Shown one piece after another: positions 28,456 through 36,515 of a stretch of DNA of 40,133 bases (its first letter is position 1; each line of letters starts with the position of its first letter). A model generated the notes under the pieces. The model had not been told where the DNA came from. It did not search any database and saw nothing but the letters and a program-made list of their open reading frames with translations. The position numbers and the translations under genes are program-made. Origin of the DNA: Granulicella sp. (GTDB lineage Bacteria > Acidobacteriota > Terriglobia > Terriglobales > Acidobacteriaceae); NCBI GenBank assembly GCA_027339965.1, contig DAHWNL010000032.1, positions 1-40,133 on the forward strand, written 5' to 3'.

Positions 28456-29601
28456 TCAGATCAATGGCAGGCCCTGGATGCCCAGGTCGGCGTGATAGAG
28501 GGTGGAGTTGGTGGCCAGCGCCGCGCAGCCGTCATCCAGGAAGCAAAGGCCGATCAGGTCATTGCCGGCCACAATCAGTTCAGACTCCAGACCGCCGGTC
28601 TCGCGGGGGATCCACAAGCGGACGAGTCCGCGATGGCCGCGCAGAGAGGCTGCCACGTAGAGACTGCCATCGACATCAAACGCCATGCCCTGGGGGCGGC
28701 CGAGGCCGCGGTGGAAGATGCTGGTTTCGCCGTGAGGATTGATGGCGTAGATGGGCTGGTGAGAGCTGTAGGTCGGGGTGGTGACCAACAGTGTTCCATC
28801 GGGGTGGAAACAGAGGTGATAGAAGGCGGTAGAGGGCTCGAGCGTCGCGAAGACGAAGATCTCTCCGGCAGCGCCTGGTTGCTGCGGCCTGAGAACGAGA
28901 GGATCTTCGCGATCCGGATCCAGGGCTGCAGGGACGATTTTGAAGATGGTTCCTGAGCGGTCGCCGACAAACAGATTCCCGTCGCGATCGAAGGCGATGC
29001 CGGTGGCAATGCCCATGCCTTCGGCAAAGGTGGAGATGACTCCCGTTGGGGTGATGCGGTAGATGGTCCCTTCCGAGCGCGAGCTGGCATAGAGGTTGGC
29101 ATCGCGGCCAAACGCCAGAGCCGAGACATTGAGCAGGCCACGGGTAAAGGCTGTCACCTGCAGATCGCGAGCAACGCGATAGATGGAGACGGGAACCTGT
29201 TCTCCACGCGGACCGGAGACCATGGCGAAGAGGTTGCCATCGGCGTCCACGGCAGGGTTGGAGATGACGTGCAGATCTTCCACCATGGGAACGCCGATAT
29301 TGGCGTGGATGTGGTTGCTGATCAAACCATGGTTCCGCAGAGAGAGTCCGGAGGAGATGGCGCCCGATGGTACGCGAATCACGGCGCGCGTTGAACGAGC
29401 CATATCAAAGGTGGCCGGGATCTCTCCGAAGAAGGCTGACGGCAGTTGCGGTGGGTCAGAGGGATGGGCCGGGTCAGTGCCAAGCAGATGGGAGCCGAAG
29501 ACCTCAAAGCTGCCCCCCGGGATGGCCGAGCGGGGGTAGAGGCTGTCCAGACGTGGCGCTGCGGGAACGGACGAAAAGCGAGATGGGTGGAGCAGAGGCA
29601 T
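28456..29601 (-). CDS. IPT-like domain + SMP-30/gluconolactonase-like beta-propeller protein
   Basis: Repeated blades (GIAFDRDGNLFVGD, GMAFDVDGSLYVA) after a PRLDSLYP...G Ig-like start. Start placed at ATG 29601. Confidence 0.75.
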   Translation of the reverse strand: MPLLHPSRFSSVPAAPRLDSLYPRSAIPGGSFEVFGSHLLGTDPAHPSDPPQLPSAFFGEIPATFDMARSTRAVIRVPSGAISSGLSLRNHGLISNHIHANIGVPMVEDLHVISNPAVDADGNLFAMVSGPRGEQVPVSIYRVARDLQVTAFTRGLLNVSALAFGRDANLYASSRSEGTIYRITPTGVISTFAEGMGIATGIAFDRDGNLFVGDRSGTIFKIVPAALDPDREDPLVLRPQQPGAAGEIFVFATLEPSTAFYHLCFHPDGTLLVTTPTYSSHQPIYAINPHGETSIFHRGLGRPQGMAFDVDGSLYVAASLRGHRGLVRLWIPRETGGLESELIVAGNDLIGLCFLDDGCAALATNSTLYHADLGIQGLPLI

Positions 29602-29656
29602 TTGATGGTTAGGGTATGCGTGGTGGAGCGGAGATGCAAATGGACGGCGAAAGGGT

Positions 29657-30148
29657 TCAGTGAATATGTGGCCCAAGGTGCTGAATGCCTGCTCCACAGA
29701 CAAAAGCAAGCAGGCCGGCTGCGACGTCGTCCAGCATGATGCCCATGCCTTCAGGGAGAGCCTCCAGGCGGCGGATGGGCCAAGGCTTGGTGATATCGAA
29801 GAGACGAAAGAGAACCAGCGCCAGCAGAGCATGCTTCCAGTCGGGCGGCACAAGGATGAGAGCGAAGAGTTGACCAGCCACTTCATCGATCACGACAAAG
29901 CCAGGGTCTTTGCGTCCAGCCTCGCGCGCGGTGCGAGTGGAGACGGGAACGCCGATCACGGTGACCATGATCGCCGCCACCAAAGTCGCCACGGCCAGGC
30001 TGGCCGTGGTTGCAGCTAGAATATGGGCAGCGGAGTACCAGAGCAGGACCGCCGCAACCGAGCCGTAGGTGCCGGGTCCCGGCGCAAGATAGCCTGCTCC
30101 GAAAAAGGTGGCGAGGGTCCAGGCCCAGCGAGTCTTTGATGTGGCCAT
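29657..30148 (-). CDS. pgpA: Phosphatidylglycerophosphatase A
   Basis: PGPGTYGS, DPGFVVIDEVAG, FRLFDITKPWP, GIMLDDVAAG. Confidence 0.95.
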   Translation of the reverse strand: MATSKTRWAWTLATFFGAGYLAPGPGTYGSVAAVLLWYSAAHILAATTASLAVATLVAAIMVTVIGVPVSTRTAREAGRKDPGFVVIDEVAGQLFALILVPPDWKHALLALVLFRLFDITKPWPIRRLEALPEGMGIMLDDVAAGLLAFVCGAGIQHLGPHIH

Positions 30149-30447
30149 TGGAAGATTGTACGAGCTTCGGATCGAGAGAGCCTTTGCGCAGCGATCCGCA
30201 TAGGCTTCGCAGTCCATGCTGATCACGGTTCTGCGTGCTCGAGGCGAGGACGAGGGAGCCTCTGGCCCAGGCTAGGTTCCGGGTCGCATCCGTGGAACTG
30301 ACGGAGGCTAGAGCGGAGAGTCCTCGACGTCTTCCGCTAAAGCGTTTTCAGTGCAGGTGTAACGCGAGGCCTCGACCTCCATGGGCGTTTTCCCCAATGA
30401 AAACGCCCCTGCACGCCCTCTCCGGTGTACCCATCAACACCGAAATG

Positions 30448-30612
30448 CTATAGATCGGGGTCGAGAATGGGCGAGGAGATTCGATAGTCTCCCGAGGCCC
30501 ATTTTCCCAGATCAATGGTGCGGCAGCGGTCAGAGCAGAACGGCGCATCCGGGCTATCCAAGGCGACGTCTTTGCGGCAGATCGGGCAACGGAAGATTTT
30601 GGCGATGGTCAT
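30448..30612 (-). CDS. yacG: DNA gyrase inhibitor YacG (54 aa)
   Basis: Manual translation MTIAKIFRCPICRKDVALDSPDAPFCSDRCRTIDLGKWASGDYRISSPILDPDL*, with the CPxC...PFCSxRC...DLGxW signature. Absent from the ORF track. Confidence 0.92.
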   Translation of the reverse strand: MTIAKIFRCPICRKDVALDSPDAPFCSDRCRTIDLGKWASGDYRISSPILDPDL

Positions 30613-30737
30613 GGGCTTGACGACTGTTCATTGAAGAGTGAGGTGAGGGCCATGTTTTGCGCGAGAGCCTCAAAGCCAAGGGGTTGAAGGAGTACATGCG
30701 CTTGGCTGCTGCCAGTCCGGTCAGGGACACACCGGAT

Positions 30738-32480
30738 CTAGCCGAGGATCGTTGCGACCAGGTCGAAGTCGTGCGAGGCGGTAATTTGGGCGCGGTGAAA
30801 GCTTCCAGGGATGAGGCTCTCATGGGGGCCAAAGTCATTGATAAGGATCTTGCCGTCAATTTCGGGGGCCTGTTCGAGCGAGCGTGCCTGCCAAAGCAGG
30901 TCTGTCTCATCGCTTTGCCCCTCCACCAGGATCTCGAGTTCGCGGCCGATCCAACGTTTGCGAGCACGCTTGCTGATCCTTTGTTGCAGCTTCATGAGCT
31001 TGCGGCGGCGGGATTCAATGGTGCGCTTCGGCACTTTGTCTTCGAGGGCGAAGGCACCGGCACCCTCCTCGTCCGAGTAGCTGAAGACTCCCAGCCAATC
31101 GATCTGAGCGGCTTCCACAAAAGAGCAGAGTTCCCGGAACTCTGCTTCGGTTTCGCCGGGGAAGCCGACGATAAAGCTGGTGCGCAGAACCAGATTCGGG
31201 ACGATCGCTCTGGCTTGAGAGATCATCTGGAGAAACCTCTCCGCGCTGCCGCCGCGCTTCATGCGCTTCAAAACCGCAGAGGAAGCGTGCTGCAGAGGCA
31301 CGTCCAAGTACTTTGCGATGTTGTCATGATGAGCGATGGCCTTGAGCAGGCGCGGGGTGATTTTGTTGGGGTAGGCGTAGAGGAAGCGCAGCCACTTAAG
31401 GCCGGGTAAAGAAGCCAGGGCCTCCAGAAGGTCGGCCAAATCCGGGCGTCTCAGGCCGGCCGCAGCGGCATCCCCGGGCACCAGGGATGCGGCGGAAGAT
31501 CCATCGGCAGCGGCCAAAGAGCCGTCTTCTCCGCTTGGATGCAGTGGAAGGCTGGGCGGCAGATCTTCTCCGTAACAGGTAGTGTCCTGGCCGATCAGGG
31601 TGATCTCTCGGACGCCCTGAGCGATCAAAGACTGAGCCTCTGCGATGATGCTGGCTAGGGGACGAGAGCGGAACTTGCCGCGCAACTGCGGAATGATGCA
31701 GAAGCTGCACGGGTGATCACAGCCCTCGGCAATCTTGATATAGGCTGAGGCGCGCGGCGTGGAGAGGATGCGGGGCGTCTGGTCTGAGTAGAGATAAGTG
31801 GGCAGTGAGGAGGCTGCGCCATCCCACGCCTGGCGCGAGAAGCGCCCTTGCTGCTCGCGCAGCTCCCCCTCAGGGCGGGATCGGGCCGAGCGATCGGTGC
31901 CGGAGGTTGGTTTCGTTTTTGGGGCAGCCGCTTCGTACTGGAGTTGCGGACTGGACGCGCGGGGATGGGAGTGCTGCAAAACGGAACTGGCGTGGCGCTC
32001 GATCCGAACCGGCTCAGAGGAGCCGCTGGCAAGGATGGGGAAGAGGGGATTGGCTGCCGGGCGAGCGAGTCCAGCGGCTTGAAGGATGGACTCCAACTCA
32101 TCGGTGCCCACGACAGCGTCCACTTCCGGGATGTTGGCTTGGATCTCATCGCGATACCGTTCCACCAGGCAGCCGGCTACGATAAGCCGCCGGGCGCGGC
32201 CTCCCCGGGAGACCTTGTGCTGCGCCATCTCGAGGATGGCGTCCACAGACTCCTGCTTGGCGGAATCTATGAAGGAGCAGGTGTTGACCACCAGGATGTC
32301 GGCGTCTTCCGCGTGGGGGGTGATGCGGGCTCCGCCTCGATCCAACAGCCCCATCATCACCTCGGAGTCCACCAGGTTCTTGGGGCAGCCAAGAGAGACG
32401 AAGCCGACCTTTGGGCTTCTCGGCTCCGCTTCGGTCAAGGCTTCAGAGGGAGCCAAGGAGAGTGTGGTGGAGATGGTCAC
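30738..32480 (-). CDS. rimO: Ribosomal protein S12 methylthiotransferase RimO
   Basis: LGCPKNLVDSE, NTCSFI, radical-SAM CDHPCSFC, APEIDG TRAM domain. Confidence 0.96.
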   Translation of the reverse strand: MTISTTLSLAPSEALTEAEPRSPKVGFVSLGCPKNLVDSEVMMGLLDRGGARITPHAEDADILVVNTCSFIDSAKQESVDAILEMAQHKVSRGGRARRLIVAGCLVERYRDEIQANIPEVDAVVGTDELESILQAAGLARPAANPLFPILASGSSEPVRIERHASSVLQHSHPRASSPQLQYEAAAPKTKPTSGTDRSARSRPEGELREQQGRFSRQAWDGAASSLPTYLYSDQTPRILSTPRASAYIKIAEGCDHPCSFCIIPQLRGKFRSRPLASIIAEAQSLIAQGVREITLIGQDTTCYGEDLPPSLPLHPSGEDGSLAAADGSSAASLVPGDAAAAGLRRPDLADLLEALASLPGLKWLRFLYAYPNKITPRLLKAIAHHDNIAKYLDVPLQHASSAVLKRMKRGGSAERFLQMISQARAIVPNLVLRTSFIVGFPGETEAEFRELCSFVEAAQIDWLGVFSYSDEEGAGAFALEDKVPKRTIESRRRKLMKLQQRISKRARKRWIGRELEILVEGQSDETDLLWQARSLEQAPEIDGKILINDFGPHESLIPGSFHRAQITASHDFDLVATILG

Positions 32481-32567
32481 AACACCTTATTTTATCATGT
32501 TTTACGCTGGTTTTAGAGGTGCGGTCGGATGGGTCGCATTGGAAGCCGGGCCAGGTGGCGCGGAGGC

Positions 32568-32897
32568 CTACTGGATGCGCCGGGTGAGCGGCTGCATCAA
32601 CAAGGTGGGTTCGGGTTTGGGCGCGGCGAACGCAGTGACGACGACGCCGTTGGTTTCGAAGTGAGAGATGGCATGACTACCCGCGTGGCCGAGCATGATC
32701 GCCTTACGAAGGATCTGGAGATGGCGGCGAGAGTCGTTGAGAAAATGACGGCTGATGGCGTGGTCATAATCCAGGACGAGGTTGTAGGCAGCCTCGCACT
32801 TCGGGCAGCAGAGAGGCTCTTCCAGCCAGCGATGGAAGGTCGCCGGCGGAAGCGGCGCGGCTGGGTCAGTCCCGGAACGAATGGCGGCGATGATCAT
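32568..32897 (-). CDS. Hypothetical protein with CxxC and His cluster (possible metal binding)
   Basis: MIIAAIRSG...LCCPKCEAAYNL...GHAGSHAISHFETNGV; clean frame upstream of rimO. Confidence 0.65.
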   Translation of the reverse strand: MIIAAIRSGTDPAAPLPPATFHRWLEEPLCCPKCEAAYNLVLDYDHAISRHFLNDSRRHLQILRKAIMLGHAGSHAISHFETNGVVVTAFAAPKPEPTLLMQPLTRRIQ

Positions 32898-32988
32898 CAA
32901 GGATATTGAGTCGAAGCGCAGAGAACACAACCCTGGATCCCTGAATCCTCAAGGGTTGCCAGCGGTCTGGACCGTCGGAAAACGGTTT

Positions 32989-33169
32989 GCTCCGGGGCTC
33001 CGATCCCTGCTCCGTTCCCTGATGATACAGCCCAGTTCGCCATCCGGCGCTGAACGTCATTGAATCAAAACCATTCTTTTCTCGGTGGAGATCGGTGAGC
33101 GGCGAATGGCTTCGCTGGAAGCTGTCCAGGCAGGGAGCGTGACAGAGGATCGGGGCAGAGGACCGGGGC
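32989..33169 (+). other. Long interrupted rod-like hairpin (candidate ncRNA or decayed inverted-repeat element)
   Basis: Eight nested colinear helices; coordinates are given in the finding. Confidence 0.55.
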
Positions 33170-33218
33170 CGGCGGCTTGATCGCTCATTTGGCAAGGTCA
33201 AGTGATCGGCGGAAACAT

Positions 33219-33443
33219 TCTTCTCCAGCCGCGTTTGTACTTGCGGCAGGCGCGATGTTCAGCAATCGGCACGCGCGGCTGGCCATACAAATGATGACAT
33301 GGATGGTTGGACTCTTGGCAGGGCTGGTGTGGGCACCGCTTCTGATCGCTCACCTCAGAGAGCCTTTTCTTGGGTCCGAGCTCGCTGAGACCCTTCTGGT
33401 TACCGGCGCTGCCTGGAGATTGGGAGACTCGACGCATCTTTAG
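33219..33443 (+). pseudogene. Probable C-terminal remnant of a DoxX-like membrane protein
   Basis: AAFVLAAGAMFSNRHARLA...LVWAPLLIAH...SELAETLLVTGAAW resembles DoxX-like C-termini from recall; no credible start or N-terminal part. Confidence 0.45.
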
Positions 33444-34312
33444 GGACGGAGGTGAGCCGAGAGGAACCCGGCGAGATCTGCCGGGCCAGGTGGGTGGTTG
33501 AGGATCAAGGTGGGAGTGGAGAGGTGATGCAGTGGGCCGGAAAGAGGAAACGGCTCATTGAAAATCTGCCGGAAGGGAACGAGTTTGGATCGAGGATCCC
33601 GGCGGACCCGTTCCGCCAGGTCCCCGTCAGGCGATTGAAGGATGACCGCCGGCAAGATGGGGTTTTCAGCGCAGAGATGAACCGCCAGGGATGCCCCCAG
33701 CCCAAGGCCATAGACAACGATGGAGGATGGCGGGATGGAGCGCGTGGAGATGAGATAGGCGAGCGCGGTTTCCGCGTCGGCTTGCATGGTGGTCTCCGTG
33801 GGGTGAACTCCGCCTGAGCGGCCGTATCCGCGATAGTCGAAGAGGAGAACATTGAGATTCTCCTGATGCAGCAGCCGCGCGGCGGGAAGAGCGTCAGCGC
33901 TGGAGCCATCGCCGGAGTGCAGGATCAAGGCGCTGCGCAGCGTTTCGGATTGGGCCGGGATCCACCAGCCGGTAAGCTGGGGAAGGCCAGAGCGATCCAC
34001 GCCGAACTGAACTGGAGTGAAAGGCAGATGGAAGGATGCCGGGGTGCTGGCAATGCTGCGAGATGGGTGCAGAACAAGCTGCCACTGGGTACGCGAGAAG
34101 ATAATGCAGATGGTGGCGTAGGCGCAGAGGAAGGCGGCGAGGAAGACAGCGGCGAGCGCCTTCAGAATCCAACCAAGCTCAACGAGGGGAATCATCTCTG
34201 TGGGCCCGCTGGCGGGCGGGGTGCCGGGGTGATAGCGTGGTTGCATCCGCGGAGCCTTGGCCGGCGTGGTCGCCGAGGATCTGCTGCGGGAAGGCTTGGA
34301 GTTGGCAGGCAT
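33440..34312 (-). CDS. Membrane-anchored alpha/beta-hydrolase-fold protein, apparently lacking the catalytic Ser
   Basis: TM anchor, LTGWWIP, FDYRGYGRSGG; the nucleophile elbow reads YGLGLG. Confidence 0.8.
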   Translation of the reverse strand: MPANSKPSRSRSSATTPAKAPRMQPRYHPGTPPASGPTEMIPLVELGWILKALAAVFLAAFLCAYATICIIFSRTQWQLVLHPSRSIASTPASFHLPFTPVQFGVDRSGLPQLTGWWIPAQSETLRSALILHSGDGSSADALPAARLLHQENLNVLLFDYRGYGRSGGVHPTETTMQADAETALAYLISTRSIPPSSIVVYGLGLGASLAVHLCAENPILPAVILQSPDGDLAERVRRDPRSKLVPFRQIFNEPFPLSGPLHHLSTPTLILNHPPGPADLAGFLSAHLRP

Positions 34313-34470
34313 GGTGCTTCGAGTTCACCTCCAGCATCTCATGGCAAGCGGCCGCAGATGCAGAGAGTCAACAGGATCTGCCATCGGAGTGGCTCCGGGA
34401 AGGGTTCAAGCCGAACCGAAGGCTGAGAACTTGGAAGCTGAACAACGAAGAGAAACATCGGGAGAGGGAC

Positions 34471-34797
34471 GTGGGTGAATGGGTTCGGTTGTGTAGCCTG
34501 GCAGAGGCTCCGGAACAGGATCAAGTGATGGAAGCGGACGCAAAGGGAGTGCCTATCTGCCTGGCGCATGTCGAGGGAAGATATGCTGCGCTGGGTAACG
34601 TCTGCCCTCACCGGCAAGGGCCGCTCGGCGGAGGCTGGATTGAGGGAGGCGCGGTGGTTTGTCCATGGCACGCCTGGGCGTTCGATCTGAACTCCGGGAA
34701 GGCGGTTGCGCCGGCCAAGGGGCGTGTCGCGATCTATCCGGTGAAGCGGGTGGAAGAAGATCTATGGGTGGAGATACCGCAGGAGTCGGCCGTATGA
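34471..34797 (+). CDS. Rieske [2Fe-2S] ferredoxin (NirD-like fold)
   Basis: CPHRQGPL...CPWHAWAFD; GTG start after GGAGAGG. Confidence 0.92.
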   Translation: MGEWVRLCSLAEAPEQDQVMEADAKGVPICLAHVEGRYAALGNVCPHRQGPLGGGWIEGGAVVCPWHAWAFDLNSGKAVAPAKGRVAIYPVKRVEEDLWVEIPQESAV

Positions 34798-34945
34798 TGG
34801 GAACACATCGCTCGGCCGTGCCCTGCGCTCCTGATTGCCCTGGTGGAGAGGAAACGAGGGAGTTCACGGGCGTCTCCCGCCGCTTGGTTCGCAGGCGTCT
34901 CCCACTTGGCTTGATGGAGTGAGGGAATCGGAACTCTCGCTCCAG

Positions 34946-34974
34946 GTGACTTTGAAGGCGTGTGCTGATAGAAT
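34946..34974 (+). promoter_or_regulatory. Sigma70-type extended -10 promoter for carA
   Basis: GTGACT-N17-TAGAAT with a TGn extension. Confidence 0.5.
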
Positions 34975-35041
34975 CAAGTGATCCTCTCGCTAACTTGCCG
35001 TACACGGGGCGAACGATCAATCTCAGCATAAGGGAGAGGGT

Positions 35042-36184
35042 ATGCAAGCGGTTCTCGCCCTCGAAGACGGGCGCCTGTTCAGGGGTAAGGCACACGGATC
35101 GTTCTGCGAGCGTGTCGGTGAGGTGGTTTTCAATACCTCCATGACCGGCTATCAGGAGATCTTCACCGACCCTTCCTATTCTGGTCAGATTGTGGTTCTG
35201 ACCACACCTCATGTGGGAAATTACGGAACTTCGCCAAGCGATGCGGAGTCCGTGCGGCCCTACATCGAAGGGTTGGTGGCTCGGGAGTTCTCCCTTGTGA
35301 GCTCGAACTGGCGATCGACCGAGGTAGCCGACGAATATCTGGAACGAAACGGCGTGCCGGTGATCTCCGAAATTGATACCCGGGCAGTGGTTCGGCATCT
35401 GCGTGAGAAAGGATGCCTGCGCGGGGTGATTTCAACCGCCGTGGAGGACACCGATGCTCTGGTGGCCAAGGCGAGGGCGCACAAGAAGATGGAAGGCACA
35501 GACCTGGCCAGTTTGGTGACCACGGCAAAGCCCTATGTGTGGGATCAGAGTGAGCCGAAGAATGAGACCGGCGAGAAGCTGCTGCCGGAAGCCGATGAAG
35601 AAGCCGGTTTGAAGGCCGTCTTGCACGTGGTGGCTTATGACTTTGGCATCAAGCAGAACATCCTGCGCATGCTGGCCCGGGAGAACTGCCGGGTGACGGT
35701 GGTTCCGGCAACGACCAGCGCTAGGGATGTGATGGCCATGGCTCCCGATGGAGTTTTCTTCTCCAATGGCCCCGGAGATCCAGAGCCGCTACAGTATGCG
35801 GTGCAGAACGTACGGGAGCTGAAGGGCAAGGTGCCGATGTTTGGAATCTGCCTGGGGCACCAGGTCTTTGGCATCGCGCTGGGAGGAAAGACCTACAAGT
35901 TGAAGTTCGGCCACCACGGCGGCAACCACCCCATCAAGAACCTGGAGACCGGCAAGGTGGAGATCACGGCGCAGAACCACAACTTCAACGTGGATCCCGA
36001 GAGTTTGCCCGCTGATGTGGTCCAGACCCACATCAACCTGAATGACAATACGCTGGCCGGGCTGCGGCATAAGACGGATCCGATGTTCAGCGTGCAGTAT
36101 CACCCGGAGGCCAGCCCCGGCCCACATGACTCGCGTTATCTGTTTCGGGATTTCCGAAAGATGATGGAGCAATGGAAAAAGTGA
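35042..36184 (+). CDS. carA: Carbamoyl-phosphate synthase small subunit
   Basis: [40 protein letters not shown]. Confidence 0.98.
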   Translation: MQAVLALEDGRLFRGKAHGSFCERVGEVVFNTSMTGYQEIFTDPSYSGQIVVLTTPHVGNYGTSPSDAESVRPYIEGLVAREFSLVSSNWRSTEVADEYLERNGVPVISEIDTRAVVRHLREKGCLRGVISTAVEDTDALVAKARAHKKMEGTDLASLVTTAKPYVWDQSEPKNETGEKLLPEADEEAGLKAVLHVVAYDFGIKQNILRMLARENCRVTVVPATTSARDVMAMAPDGVFFSNGPGDPEPLQYAVQNVRELKGKVPMFGICLGHQVFGIALGGKTYKLKFGHHGGNHPIKNLETGKVEITAQNHNFNVDPESLPADVVQTHINLNDNTLAGLRHKTDPMFSVQYHPEASPGPHDSRYLFRDFRKMMEQWKK

Positions 36185-36515
36185 AGCCGGCAGGTGAAGA
36201 AACCGTGCCGTCGGTTCCGTACCCCGAGATGACGAGGGAGAACATCGATCCGTGCGAGGGCGTCTGACTGTACGCTCCTGGATTTACAGCGCGGATACGG
36301 CCACCGAAGGGAAGCAAAGGATGGAAGCTGTAGATGCAAGCGCACGCCTCTTGCCGGTCTTGTGAAGATCGGAATGCGGAGTGAGCCAATGCAGTCGGGT
36401 CGGCGCGAATTGTTTTGTCGCGAGCTGGGGTTGATCTCGACGCAAATTAAGAGCGGTGAAACTGCAAGCTTCGCTCAAGCAAGGTAAGCAGCGGGTTCAG
36501 GAGATTGGGTAAGAG

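Noticed and set aside
29602..29886. N-terminal extension of the beta-propeller ORF
   Set aside because: It overlaps pgpA in another frame; the likely start is 29601.
30248..30313. Resemblance to the c-di-GMP-I riboswitch P3 (AGCCTCTGGCC...CGGAGGCT)
   Set aside because: It lacks the GCAAA elements and GNRA-capped P2, and lies antisense to the flanking genes.
34869..34944. GGCGTCTCCC direct repeat (two copies) and an 11-bp hairpin after the Rieske gene
   Set aside because: Only two copies and no spacer array, so not CRISPR. The hairpin is most simply a terminator or stability element.
36172..36515. carA-carB spacer with a short ORF containing YPEMTRENI (DUF433-like)
   Set aside because: The similarity covers only a few residues, too little to call a gene or remnant.
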